Position numbers and translations under genes: made by a program
Shown here: positions 27,770 to 36,954 of the stretch, piece by piece
How the letters are laid out: each line of letters begins with the position of its first letter
How positions within the stretch are numbered: the stretch's first letter is position 1
Notes under the pieces: generated by a model
What the model was told of the DNA's origin: nothing
Databases searched by the model: none
What the model saw: the letters and a program-made list of their open reading frames with translations, nothing else
NCBI GenBank assembly: GCA_029261995.1
Contig: JAJDAF010000010.1
Location: 196,767 to 260,766 of the forward strand
Source: Candidatus Zhuqueibacterota bacterium
Lineage (GTDB): Bacteria; Zhuqueibacterota; Zhuqueibacteria; Oceanimicrobiales; Oceanimicrobiaceae
DNA: 64,000 bases
Direction: 5' to 3'

Positions 27770-28606
27770 CTACCTTAGTTTGTGATTGCAGTCTTTGATG
27801 AACACGTTGTTTGACGCATTCACCCGCTGCTCAAGCAAGATCAGTGCCAGAAAGATCCGATTTATATGTAAATTTTTGTTATAAAAAGACTTATGGTGTT
27901 ATTCTATGTTCCATAATGAGCCGATTCGAAGTGTGGCACTGGTCGCCGGTGTTCATATCTGAGACATCCATAATGAATTATTCCACTGTTTATTTTAGGG
28001 GTTAGATGTTTCTCGCAAACCGGGTAGATTTTGTACACTTGCGAACGGCATTGCTTTACAGACATCAGTCGTTGTAGAAAAAAATGCGTTATATTGCAAA
28101 TGTTACCCATATTTAATAGAATCTTGCGATTTTTCAACAAAACCTACCTGAATGTTGCTTCTTTTGCACTATCTTTGGGGTAGTAGATTGGAGTTACCCG
28201 GTCTCGATTGTTCGGTTTTCATTCGGTTGAACCGCGTTTTGAGCAGGGTTGACATTTGTGGTTCACTGTATCTCAGTCTGGATCAGATCGGTACGAATGA
28301 TACAATTCCTGGCGTTCCCCCGGCTTTAATGACCAAGAATTGTGGAATTTTGCGGCCGACGTCCCGGCGCTCTGCTTAATTTCATCTATGCCAAAGTACT
28401 CGAAGTCTCCGGACAGATGGAACGGTCATTTCCCATGGCGTGAGGGAGTTGCCATTTGCCGGGACAGCACCAGATAGAACCGTACTTCAGTGACCGATTA
28501 AGATTTATTAACAAGTTTGCCATTTGAGGCAACTTTTGCTATATTGTGCCGGGGAAGACTTCAATCTTGTCAACTCATACTCAATAATTCCAACCGGGAT
28601 TTCACT

Positions 28607-29860
28607 ATGAGCGCACTCCTTATTGCCGATGACGAACAGACCTTCCTTGATTTTATGGTTCGCCTGCTGCAGAAAGACCACCAATTACTGATAGCCAAGA
28701 ACTGGAACGAGGTGCTTGAGAAATATGAAGCCAACCTTTGGCGGCTGAACGCTACCATTCTCGACGTAAACATGCCGGGGCTCAGTGGCGATCCGTTTAT
28801 GATGATAGACAAGCTTCTGAAGTCCAATCAGACCGTCCCCATGATTATTATCTCGGGACAGGATATCGTTTTGCGACATGAGTTCTTGAAAATGGGTGTG
28901 TTCCAGTACCATGGTAAGCCGATTGATATGGTGGATTTGAAACTGACCATCCAGAGTGCGCTCGACTACAATCGCGCCTTGCGCAAGCTGGAGAATTATG
29001 AAAAGGTAGATCGCGATTTGACGCGATACTATCAGCGCCTGCTCAAAATCGAGATCAGCGATTTGAGAGATCGGGTTCAGACGCAGGACACCAATACTCG
29101 CAAGTCGCCCGTACTTATTCGTTGCGAGCCTGGTTCGCGGCCGGACATGCTGGCCCGCATCGTCTGCGAAGATATTGACGGCAAACTGTTTTACAGCAAG
29201 GTGTGCAGTGAGTCACTAAAGAATATCGTACCTTACAATCTGCAAGACGGTGACACCCTTTATTTGGAAGGTATTGAAAACCTGGGACAGGAGGAGTGTT
29301 CCTTTCTGCTCAGCTTGTTCGAAAGTACCGAGCTTGATGGCGAGATGAATGGCGCGCAACTTCCGAAATTTCGCCTCATCGCCTCCGTTGGGCACGATGC
29401 CGCCCAAGCGGTTGCCGATGGCTCAGAGTTGGCGGCTCTGCTTGAGCATCTCTCTCGCATTGAGTTGCGCATCGAGCCGCTGCGGCTCCGCCAGCACGAA
29501 ATAAGGGAGATTGTCACGCTGATTTTCGAGCACAAAAAGAAGCGGCGTCTTGCCTATTCCGACACAATCTCTGAGGAGCTTTTTGAGTTGTTCACCGAAT
29601 ACAATTGGCCACTCAATTTCGAAGAACTTGACGTCATTCTCGAATGCCTGTTGCTGACCTGCCAGGACCGGCTCATTCTTCAAAAACATCTACACCAGCT
29701 CGACTTCTCGGATATTGCCAACTCGAAATACCCAACACTCGATGACATGGTGGACCAGCACATTCGTAAGGCCCTGCGTCTCACGCTCGGCAATAAATCC
29801 CGTGCGGCGAAAATGCTCGGCATCACGCCGAAAACCCTGTATTCAAGAATCCGCAATTAG
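28607..29860 (+). CDS. NtrC-like response regulator with degenerate (ATPase-dead) sigma-54 activator domain and Fis-type HTH
   Basis: The REC domain is intact (DDE...LDVNMPGLSG...SGQ...HGKP). In the central domain the Walker A position reads CEPGSRPD instead of GESGTGKE, there is no GAFTGA, and the Walker B region reads LYLEGIENL instead of LFLDEIGEL. The C-terminal HTH_8 is LGNKSRAAKMLGITPKTLYSRIRN. Confidence 0.7.
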   Translation: MSALLIADDEQTFLDFMVRLLQKDHQLLIAKNWNEVLEKYEANLWRLNATILDVNMPGLSGDPFMMIDKLLKSNQTVPMIIISGQDIVLRHEFLKMGVFQYHGKPIDMVDLKLTIQSALDYNRALRKLENYEKVDRDLTRYYQRLLKIEISDLRDRVQTQDTNTRKSPVLIRCEPGSRPDMLARIVCEDIDGKLFYSKVCSESLKNIVPYNLQDGDTLYLEGIENLGQEECSFLLSLFESTELDGEMNGAQLPKFRLIASVGHDAAQAVADGSELAALLEHLSRIELRIEPLRLRQHEIREIVTLIFEHKKKRRLAYSDTISEELFELFTEYNWPLNFEELDVILECLLLTCQDRLILQKHLHQLDFSDIANSKYPTLDDMVDQHIRKALRLTLGNKSRAAKMLGITPKTLYSRIRN

Positions 29861-29928
29861 CACCAGGTCTCCTGGCTGCCGGCTCGCAAGGCCTTGCTTT
29901 TGGGGGACACACATCTTATCTTGGCTTC

Positions 29929-30339
29929 ATGCCTACTCCAGATAACTCTGAAAAGAGTATCCGTCTTGACAAGTGGCTCAAACTCAGCCGCCTGTGCAAG
30001 ACACGCAGCATCGCCACCCGCGCTTGCGACGATGGCAAGGTCAAGGTCAATGACGAAAAGGCGAAACCCGCGCGAGTCGTCAAGATTGGTGACGTGGTGA
30101 CTATCAAGCGTCGTAGCCAATATCGAAAGTTTGACATTGTGGATATCGTTTACAAGAATATCTCGAACAAGGATGCTCCCGGCCTCTACCACGAGCATGT
30201 GCCAGAGGCCAAGATTGCGGATGAATCGAAGGAATTGTACCAACTGCTGCAGGATTGGGATACCGACGGCAGGCGCAAATACAAAGGCCGGCCTACAAAA
30301 AAGGAACGCCGGCAAATTGATAAGAATCGCGATCGGTAG
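29929..30339 (+). CDS. S4-domain RNA-binding protein, heat-shock protein Hsp15 (HslR)-like
   Basis: S4 motif IRLDKWLKLSRLCKTRSIATRACDDGKVKVN followed by a basic C-terminal tail; ~136 aa. Confidence 0.65.
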   Translation: MPTPDNSEKSIRLDKWLKLSRLCKTRSIATRACDDGKVKVNDEKAKPARVVKIGDVVTIKRRSQYRKFDIVDIVYKNISNKDAPGLYHEHVPEAKIADESKELYQLLQDWDTDGRRKYKGRPTKKERRQIDKNRDR

Positions 30340-30402
30340 GCAAGCGTAATTTATGGCGCCACGTGCTCAACCTCTGCCACACGACGCCATCATTCCGCCC
30401 GC

Positions 30403-31458
30403 TCAAATCAAGCCACTGATGTAATCGCCGACCTGGCTCGTGCCCAGGCTGCCTCCCAAATCTCTTGGCGTGTTGTCCGTTTTGATGGCTTGCTCGACCG
30501 CCTTTTCGACTTCAGCCCCTTCTTTTGAGAATCCCAAATAATCCAACATCAGCGCCAGAGTCAGAATTGCCGCCAGGGGATTCGCGACATTCTGCCCCGC
30601 ATATTTCGGAGCTGAGCCGTGCACCGGCTCGAACATCGAGGTGCCGGCCGGGTTGATGTTGCCGGACGCTGCCAGGCCCATGCCGCCCTGCAACTGGGCG
30701 CCGAGATCGGTCACGATGTCGCCAAACATGTTGCAGGTGACGATAACGCCGAATTGCTCCGGGCGTTTGATCATCTGCATGGTCAGGGCATCCACATACA
30801 AATGGTCCTTCTCGATGTCCGGGTATTCGGCCCCGATTTCTTCGAAGGCGCGCAGCCACAGATCATGGCCAAAGCGCAGGGCGTTGCTCTTGTCGGACAT
30901 GGTCACTTTGCCGCGCCCTTTTTGGGTCGCAAATTCAAAGGCGTATCGAATAATGCGTTCGACGCCTTTGCGCGTGTTGATGTCTTCCTGAGTCGCGATT
31001 TCGTCCGGTGTCCCCTTTTTGAAAATCCCGCCCATGCCCACGTACAATCCTTCCGTGTTTTCCCGAAACACCACAAAATCGACGTCTTTCTCAGTCTTAT
31101 TTTTGAGAGGGCAGAGCTTGGCGTCGGTCAGCTTGACGGGGCGGTAGTTGACGAACAGATCCAGCTTGAAGCGCAGCCCTAAAAGAATGTCGCGTGCGTG
31201 CGCCATATCGGGTACCCGTGGGTCTCCGAGCGCCCCAATGAAAATCGCGTCGTAGTTATTTCTGAAATCCTCAACCTGCGTTTCAGGCATCGTGGTGCCA
31301 TCACGTAAGTAACGCTCGGCGCCATAGTCGAATTCGGTCACATCCAGCGGCAAGCCGAACTTTGTCTGCACTGCTTTCAGAACTTTCTTGGCCTCAACCG
31401 TGACATCGACGCCAATTCCATCTCCCGCGATAACCGCGATCTGTTTCCTGTCTGACAT
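30403..31458 (-). CDS. leuB: 3-isopropylmalate dehydrogenase-family enzyme (LeuB/tartrate dehydrogenase-like beta-decarboxylating dehydrogenase)
   Basis: Family motifs are clear (IAVIAGDGIGVDV, FRENTEGLYVG, NMFGDIVTDLGAQLQGGMGLAASGN, HGSAPKYAGQNVANP). No other leu genes are adjacent, so substrate assignment is uncertain. Confidence 0.8.
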   Translation of the reverse strand: MSDRKQIAVIAGDGIGVDVTVEAKKVLKAVQTKFGLPLDVTEFDYGAERYLRDGTTMPETQVEDFRNNYDAIFIGALGDPRVPDMAHARDILLGLRFKLDLFVNYRPVKLTDAKLCPLKNKTEKDVDFVVFRENTEGLYVGMGGIFKKGTPDEIATQEDINTRKGVERIIRYAFEFATQKGRGKVTMSDKSNALRFGHDLWLRAFEEIGAEYPDIEKDHLYVDALTMQMIKRPEQFGVIVTCNMFGDIVTDLGAQLQGGMGLAASGNINPAGTSMFEPVHGSAPKYAGQNVANPLAAILTLALMLDYLGFSKEGAEVEKAVEQAIKTDNTPRDLGGSLGTSQVGDYISGLI

Positions 31459-31610
31459 AGTCTCTCCGTTAACGTGTCTTTCTGTCTTGACTTGAATCTA
31501 AGCAAGTATGCCGGGATTTGCAAGATACAGCTTTGTAAGATAGCCGCAAGCAATAATTTGCTGCATTATCAACTTGACTGCTCAAGTGTTTTTCCCTACT
31601 TTAGACGATT

Positions 31611-32300
31611 ATGTTTCGTGACCGCATCAAGACCATCTTTTTTGACCTGGACAACACTCTGTTCGACCATGCGCGTGCAGAAAGAACTGCCTTGGTTGAA
31701 ATCCTGAATTCGCATCTGCAGGACGGCGCCGTCGAATTGTTCGTGGCGGCGTACCACCGGGTGAACGCCATGCTCTGGCGGCAAATGGCGGAAGGCGAAA
31801 TCGCCGCGGAAGCTCTGAAAGTACAACGGTTTAAGATGGTGTTTGATGAACTAGGCCTACCGAGTCCCGACTGCGTGGCCCTCTCGCAGGATTACCTGGA
31901 AGTCTATTCCGGAATGGCATTCACCGTTCCCGGGGCTCGCGAAGTGCTGGCGGACCTGAGCAAGAATTACGTGCTTGGCGTTTTGTCAAACGGGTTTCCA
32001 CCCGTGCAACGCAATAAACTGGCTGCTACCGGGCTTGAGAGCTTTTTTGTTCATCAGGTTTTCTCCGGTGACGTGGGCGCCATGAAGCCCTCCCGCAAGA
32101 TTTTCGATTTCGCTGCCGACTTGAGTGCCGCGGCTCCTGGCCACCTGGCCTATGTTGGCGATTCGTTTGAGAGCGACGTAGTTGGCGCCAAAAATGCCGG
32201 CTGGCTTGCCATTTTTTTTGATCCCGAAAACACTGTTCCGTTGTCGAACCAGGCAGACGCAAGGATTAGCAGCCTATCTGAGCTGACGATACTTTTTTGA
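31611..32300 (+). CDS. HAD-superfamily hydrolase, subfamily IA
   Basis: Motif I FFDLDNTLFDH; motif II around VLSNG; motif III/IV K...YVGDSFESD. Confidence 0.7.
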   Translation: MFRDRIKTIFFDLDNTLFDHARAERTALVEILNSHLQDGAVELFVAAYHRVNAMLWRQMAEGEIAAEALKVQRFKMVFDELGLPSPDCVALSQDYLEVYSGMAFTVPGAREVLADLSKNYVLGVLSNGFPPVQRNKLAATGLESFFVHQVFSGDVGAMKPSRKIFDFAADLSAAAPGHLAYVGDSFESDVVGAKNAGWLAIFFDPENTVPLSNQADARISSLSELTILF

Positions 32301-32342
32301 GTGTCTGCGCGAGTTTTTTACGTTTAACCGGAGAAGTTCTGT

Positions 32343-33929
32343 ATGAAAAGGTTGGTCTTCTTGCTATGTGTTACAGCCACTGCTTCCGCAATCGGTCAGG
32401 TCACGCACCATGTCTCTTTGGTGGGCAATCTAAACACCGGACGCTATACAAATGATGTTTGGGGCTACGCCGACGATGCCGGCAATGAATACGCAATCGT
32501 CGGCCATCGAACCGGTACTGCGATTGTTCTCGTCACGCCAGACAGCCTGATTGAGGTCGATTTCGTTCCCGGCGTATCTTCGACCTGGCGCGACATCAAA
32601 ACGCACGGGAATTATGCTTACGTGACAGCCGACCGCGGTAACGAGGGCCTGCTTATTCTGGATTTGTCGCCTCTGCCGGACTCCGTGCGAGTTGTCGATA
32701 GATTCGCCAACGCCTTTACCCGGGCACACAACCTTTACATCGAAAACGGGCATGCCTACATTTCTGGCTCAAATAGCGCGCGCGGAGCCGACATCCTGGA
32801 TTTGGCGAATCCGGAAGTCCCGGTCGAGGTAGGCTCGATCACCTTCAATTATTTCCATGACATCTTCACCCGCAACGACACATTGTTTGGCAGCACCGAA
32901 CGCCGGGGCTCCCTCGCAATCTTCGATGTCACTGGTAAGGCGAGGCCGGCGCTTGTGGCGGAGATTCCGTTTCCCGGCGGCGGCATCTCGCACAACAGTT
33001 GGGCGACGCCTGATGGCCAGTTTGTCATGACCACAGAGGAGACCAGCGGTCAGTCGGTGAAGATGTGGGACATCAGCAACCTCGGCAATCCAACGCTGGT
33101 TGACGAATATCTGTCGGGTAGCAGGCTGGCACACAACACGCACATTCAGGGAGATTATGCTTATATCTCGCATTACGCGGATGGCGTGCGCATTCTTGAT
33201 ATTTCCGACCCCAGTCATATGGTAGAGGTTGGTGGCTTTGATACCAACGCCGGCACTTCCGGATTTGCGGGCTGCTGGGGCGCCTATCCATTTACGAACT
33301 CTGGCTACGTTTACGCCTCAGATCAGGACAATGGACTATTTGTGTTGGACTTCGACGGCACCCGCGCCACTCGAATAAACGGGCATGTTTTCGATTCTGA
33401 GACTGGCAAAATACTTAGTGGAGCCCAGGTTGAGGTGCTGGAGAATGGCATCTCTGCCATCAGTAACGTTGATGGCAAATACAAGCTTGGCCTGACCGCT
33501 GGCGGCATCTTCACCTTGAGGGTCAGCAACAATGGTTATGAAACCGCCAACGTATCGGTTATGGTGGGTGATGGCGAGACAGCCAACAAACTCATTTTTC
33601 TGAAGCCTTCCGTAACCACTGGAATCGCCGACGATTCAGGGTTGATTCCAGATGAGTTCAGCGTGGCGCAGAACTATCCGAATCCCTTCAACGGCGGCAC
33701 GACGCTGAGCTACAATCTACCGCTGACAGTCAGAGTCAAAGTGAGCATATTCAACACAGTGGGAAGCGAATTGCGAGTGTTGCAGGACGGCTTGCAACCG
33801 GCAGGACACCACCAGATTCAATGGGATGGCAGGAACGCACAGGGGCATGAGTTGCCGAGCGGGATTTACTATTATCAGATTGATGCCGCCGGTGAGGTGC
33901 TGGCCGGCAAAATGATCATGGTGAAGTAA
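32343..33929 (+). CDS. LVIVD-repeat (choice-of-anchor B) beta-propeller protein with carboxypeptidase-regulatory-like domain and T9SS C-terminal sorting domain
   Basis: A signal peptide is followed by LVIVD-like repeats (AIVLVTP, LLILDL, ADILDL, LAIFDV, VRILDI, LFVLDF). A CarbopepD_reg-like domain (GHVFDSETGKILSGAQVEV) precedes the C-terminal ~80 aa, which carry NYPNPFNGG...YYYQIDAAGE...K, matching the T9SS CTD (TIGR04183). Confidence 0.7.
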   Translation: MKRLVFLLCVTATASAIGQVTHHVSLVGNLNTGRYTNDVWGYADDAGNEYAIVGHRTGTAIVLVTPDSLIEVDFVPGVSSTWRDIKTHGNYAYVTADRGNEGLLILDLSPLPDSVRVVDRFANAFTRAHNLYIENGHAYISGSNSARGADILDLANPEVPVEVGSITFNYFHDIFTRNDTLFGSTERRGSLAIFDVTGKARPALVAEIPFPGGGISHNSWATPDGQFVMTTEETSGQSVKMWDISNLGNPTLVDEYLSGSRLAHNTHIQGDYAYISHYADGVRILDISDPSHMVEVGGFDTNAGTSGFAGCWGAYPFTNSGYVYASDQDNGLFVLDFDGTRATRINGHVFDSETGKILSGAQVEVLENGISAISNVDGKYKLGLTAGGIFTLRVSNNGYETANVSVMVGDGETANKLIFLKPSVTTGIADDSGLIPDEFSVAQNYPNPFNGGTTLSYNLPLTVRVKVSIFNTVGSELRVLQDGLQPAGHHQIQWDGRNAQGHELPSGIYYYQIDAAGEVLAGKMIMVK

Positions 33930-34704
33930 GCAGCCCACCCTCTATTTCCGCCGGCAGTGCGGCGATGGAATCCAGAAGATGGTCAGGCCGGATGTCAGAG
34001 GCCTCCAGGTTGTCGTGTTGATATTTGCCGGTTTTGACGAGTATCGTTCTAAGACCAGCAGCGTTGCCACCGGCAATGTCGGTAAAGATGTCGTCTCCAA
34101 CCATGGCGACCCGGTCTGGCGAGAGCGCCATGTCCTGCAAGGCCATCTGAAAGTAGGCTGGGTTGGGCTTCCCAACCACGGTGGCTTCAACTTCGGCCGC
34201 ATATTCCAGCGCTGCCACAAAAGCGCCCACGTCCATTGACAGGCCCTCGAGTGTCTGCCAGAACCGGTTCTTTTGCAGAGCGATGAGGCGTGTGCCCTCC
34301 TTTAAAAGGCGAAAGCCTTTGTTCAGAGTTTCGAAGGTGAATTGCGCTCCCAGGTCACCGACAACCACCGCTTGCGGGTTGCGGTCCGTGACCTCGAGTT
34401 CAGCAAAATCTTCTTGCGGCTCCTCAGGCAACATCAAATGCACCCGTTTGATGCCCTGCTTTTTCAACCACTGAGCGGCGACCGTGCAGGTGCTGAAAAT
34501 GTCCTGCGGCTTTGCCGGAAACCCCATGTTGGTGAGTTTTTCGGCAAGCGCGCGTTGGGAACGCATGGTCGTGTTGGTCAGGAAACGAAACGGTAGATCG
34601 CGCGAGCGCAGCCAGTTCACCGCCTCAATCGCACCCTCGATGGGTTGACTTTCAACGTACAGGACGCCATCCAAATCGATCAAGAAACCGCGCAGCCGTT
34701 TCAC
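33916..34704 (-). CDS. HAD-superfamily hydrolase, subfamily IIA (NagD/UMP phosphatase-like)
   Basis: Motif I FLIDLDGVLY, motif II LTNTT and the C-terminal GDDIFTDIAGG are present. It overlaps the convergent upstream gene end by 14 nt. Confidence 0.75.
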   Translation of the reverse strand: MKRLRGFLIDLDGVLYVESQPIEGAIEAVNWLRSRDLPFRFLTNTTMRSQRALAEKLTNMGFPAKPQDIFSTCTVAAQWLKKQGIKRVHLMLPEEPQEDFAELEVTDRNPQAVVVGDLGAQFTFETLNKGFRLLKEGTRLIALQKNRFWQTLEGLSMDVGAFVAALEYAAEVEATVVGKPNPAYFQMALQDMALSPDRVAMVGDDIFTDIAGGNAAGLRTILVKTGKYQHDNLEASDIRPDHLLDSIAALPAEIEGGLLTSP

Positions 34705-35213
34705 AGGCTCACCGGATGCTTTGCTTCAAGCAGCGCTTCCAGGTTTTCCAGAGCTTTTTCAAGTGTCTTGCTGACCAGTCTTTTCATAAATCTGTTCATG
34801 AGTCTGCCGGAAATACCCACCGGCACCCAGGTTCCAATCAGGCGTAGCGTGACTTTGCTATCGATGTTGGTCATGGTAAGCGTGGTTTTGATTTCTTTGG
34901 CGTAGTCGAGTTCTCTGTTGTCGACGACGTCTTTGAGATGCTGCCAGGTAATCCGGTGTGGCGGTTCCCAGGCGATCACTTCCAGAAGCGATTCTCCCTT
35001 ACCGAGCTTGAGATGGGTTTTCAAAACCTGCTGCCTGCCCAAGCCTGAGTTCTTCCTGGTCCGGCCTTTGACACGTGCTTCAACGACCGGCGGCATCCAT
35101 TCCGGCAGGCGATCGACATCGGTGGCCAGTTGCCAGAGCTTGTCAGGGGCGACTCGGATGACTCGACTTGCTTTAACGTTGAGCATTTTCCAAAAAGAGT
35201 TTGATGGTTTCAT
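34701..35213 (-). CDS. SRPBCC (START/Bet v1-like, polyketide_cyc2-type) domain protein
   Basis: 170-aa beta-grip-like profile (VIRVAPDKLWQLATDVDRLPEWMPPV...WEPPHRITWQ). A 4-nt ATGA-type overlap with the downstream HAD gene suggests translational coupling. The start is uncertain (35213 or 35186; ORF track 35285). Confidence 0.45.
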   Translation of the reverse strand: MKPSNSFWKMLNVKASRVIRVAPDKLWQLATDVDRLPEWMPPVVEARVKGRTRKNSGLGRQQVLKTHLKLGKGESLLEVIAWEPPHRITWQHLKDVVDNRELDYAKEIKTTLTMTNIDSKVTLRLIGTWVPVGISGRLMNRFMKRLVSKTLEKALENLEALLEAKHPVSL

Positions 35214-35381
35214 CAGAGCGGACTCTACGTAAATCAAAACCGCGGAGAATGTCAAGGTATTTTGCGGGATTTGTGGGGGCAGCAAATCAATTATTGCATG
35301 AGCTAGCAGAATTATCTAAATTGGCGCGGACAGCAGGTCCGTCGTTGAATTGACTCCGCACAACATGAGAAACCATCGAGA

Positions 35382-36140
35382 ATGTCAGAAATTATCTTTG
35401 GGCGAAATCCGGTTTTGGAAGCTTTGCGCGCGGGCAGCACTATCGAGAAGATTTTGGTCGATGACAATCTTTCACATCCTCGGCTCGGCGAAATTTTGAC
35501 ACTCGCCAGAGCCAGGAAGACCACCATTCAAAAAGTGCCACGCCAGAAGCTTATTGCCGTTGCCGGCCAGGAGAAAACGCAAGGAGTGGTTGCTTACATC
35601 GCAGACTCACAGTACGCGACCGTTGCCGATATTTTTCACGAAAGTTCGGTCCGCAATGAACCGCCGCTGATTGCCTGCCTTGACGGCATTGAGGATCCGC
35701 ACAATCTCGGGGCGATTCTCCGCAGCGCGGATGGCGCCGGGTTCCACGGCGTGGTTCTGCCAAAACGTCGCTCGGCTGGCACTTCGGGAATCGTGGCAAA
35801 AACCTCGGCCGGCGCTTCCGTTCACGTGCTGACAGCACAAGTGTCAAATCTAAACTACACACTGGATGCGCTGAAGAAACAGAACGTCTGGTGCGTCGGG
35901 GCAGATCAGGAAGGCACTCAAACCTACTATGAAGCTGATCTTACCGGCCCGCTGGCGGTCGTAGTTGGCGCTGAAGGCAAGGGACTCCACCGCCTGGTAC
36001 GTGAAAAGTGTGACTTTCTGGTCAGGATCCCGATGTTCGGCAGGGTGAATTCGCTAAATGCCTCCGTGGCGGCGGCGCTGCTATTTTTTGAAATAAGACG
36101 CCAGAGAGGGCTTGCCGGAGAAAGGTCAAACAGCGTTTGA
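35382..36140 (+). CDS. rlmB: 23S rRNA (guanosine-2'-O)-methyltransferase RlmB (TrmH family group 3)
   Basis: An N-terminal L30e-like substrate-binding domain (IFGRNPVLEAL) is followed by the SPOUT domain (LDGIEDPHNLGAILRSADGAGFHGVVLP, VVVGAEGKGL, NSLNASVAAALLFFE). Confidence 0.8.
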   Translation: MSEIIFGRNPVLEALRAGSTIEKILVDDNLSHPRLGEILTLARARKTTIQKVPRQKLIAVAGQEKTQGVVAYIADSQYATVADIFHESSVRNEPPLIACLDGIEDPHNLGAILRSADGAGFHGVVLPKRRSAGTSGIVAKTSAGASVHVLTAQVSNLNYTLDALKKQNVWCVGADQEGTQTYYEADLTGPLAVVVGAEGKGLHRLVREKCDFLVRIPMFGRVNSLNASVAAALLFFEIRRQRGLAGERSNSV

Positions 36141-36223
36141 CGAAAGTAAGGTTTTGCCAATTGAGAGGCAGGACCGGAGTCCGTTTGTGCCGCACCACTC
36201 AAGCCTGATCTGAAAACAAAAAT

Positions 36224-36252
36224 GGCCTGTATTTCTACAGGCCATTTATTTT
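36224..36252 (+). terminator. Bidirectional rho-independent terminator between rlmB and tRNA-Leu
   Basis: Stem ggcctgta/tacaggcc with a tttc loop, flanked by A-rich sequence upstream (aaaaat) and T-rich sequence downstream (atttatttt). Confidence 0.65.
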
Positions 36253-36260
36253 ACTTTGGG

Positions 36261-36344
36261 TGCCGAAGGTGGGATTCGAACCCACACGGGATTGCTCCCA
36301 CACGGCCCTGAACCGTGCGCGTCTGCCAGTTTCACCACTTCGGC
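36261..36344 (-). tRNA. tRNA-Leu (anticodon CAG), long variable arm, CCA not encoded
   Basis: The reverse complement folds as acceptor GCCGAAG/CTTCGGC, D arm, anticodon stem CACGG/CCGTG with loop TTCAGGG (CAG), a 15-nt variable arm (TGGGAGCAATCCCGT), T arm GTGGG-TTCGAATC-CCCAC and discriminator A. Coordinates may be off by a nucleotide or two. Confidence 0.8.
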
Positions 36345-36444
36345 TTGTTTAACGAACGACTAATTTAACGATCAGAAAATTCAAAGTCAAGATTTTTCAA
36401 ACCCGACTTGACTTTGATGGGCGAATGCAGTAATTTTCGCGGCT

Positions 36445-36903
36445 ATGAGTGAGAAGATTATCACAAAGAACCGGAAGGCCTGGCATGACTACCATATTGT
36501 CGATACGGTCGAGGCCGGCATTGTGCTGCTGGGTACGGAAGTGAAGGCCCTGCGCGACGGCAAAGCAAACCTGCGGGACAGTTATGCCAACGTGAAAAAC
36601 CAGGAGGTCTTTCTCTACAACGTGCATATCAGCCACTACTCGCACGGCAATCTCAACAACCACGAGCCGCTGAGGGAGCGCAAGTTGCTGCTGCACCGCA
36701 AGGAGATCAAAAAGCTCATCGGCAAGACTCAGGAAAAGGGTCTGACTCTGGTGCCGCTCAAGCTCTATTTCAAACGCGGCAAAGTTAAGGTTGAGTTGGC
36801 CATGGCCCGCGGCAAGAAGTTACACGACAAACGACATACCATCGCCAAGCGTGACGCCGACCGAGATCTGCAGCGGACTTTGAAGAGCAAAGACCAATAT
36901 TAA
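36445..36903 (+). CDS. smpB: SsrA-binding protein SmpB
   Basis: Motifs [24 protein letters not shown] and the C-terminal basic tail [16 protein letters not shown]. Length 152 aa. Confidence 0.9.
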   Translation: MSEKIITKNRKAWHDYHIVDTVEAGIVLLGTEVKALRDGKANLRDSYANVKNQEVFLYNVHISHYSHGNLNNHEPLRERKLLLHRKEIKKLIGKTQEKGLTLVPLKLYFKRGKVKVELAMARGKKLHDKRHTIAKRDADRDLQRTLKSKDQY

Positions 36904-36954
36904 TCGATCGTTAGTTCCCTCCTCTCAACAACTCATTGAGACAAGAACTCTACT

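Noticed and set aside
27940-27960. Possible sigma-54 -24/-12 element (TGGCAC...)
   Set aside because: The -12 GC is missing at the required spacing. A second candidate near 28520 (GGCAAC-TTTT-GC) has the GG-GC spacing two bases short.
30619-31182. 187-aa plus-strand ORF
   Set aside because: Antisense to the leuB-family gene.
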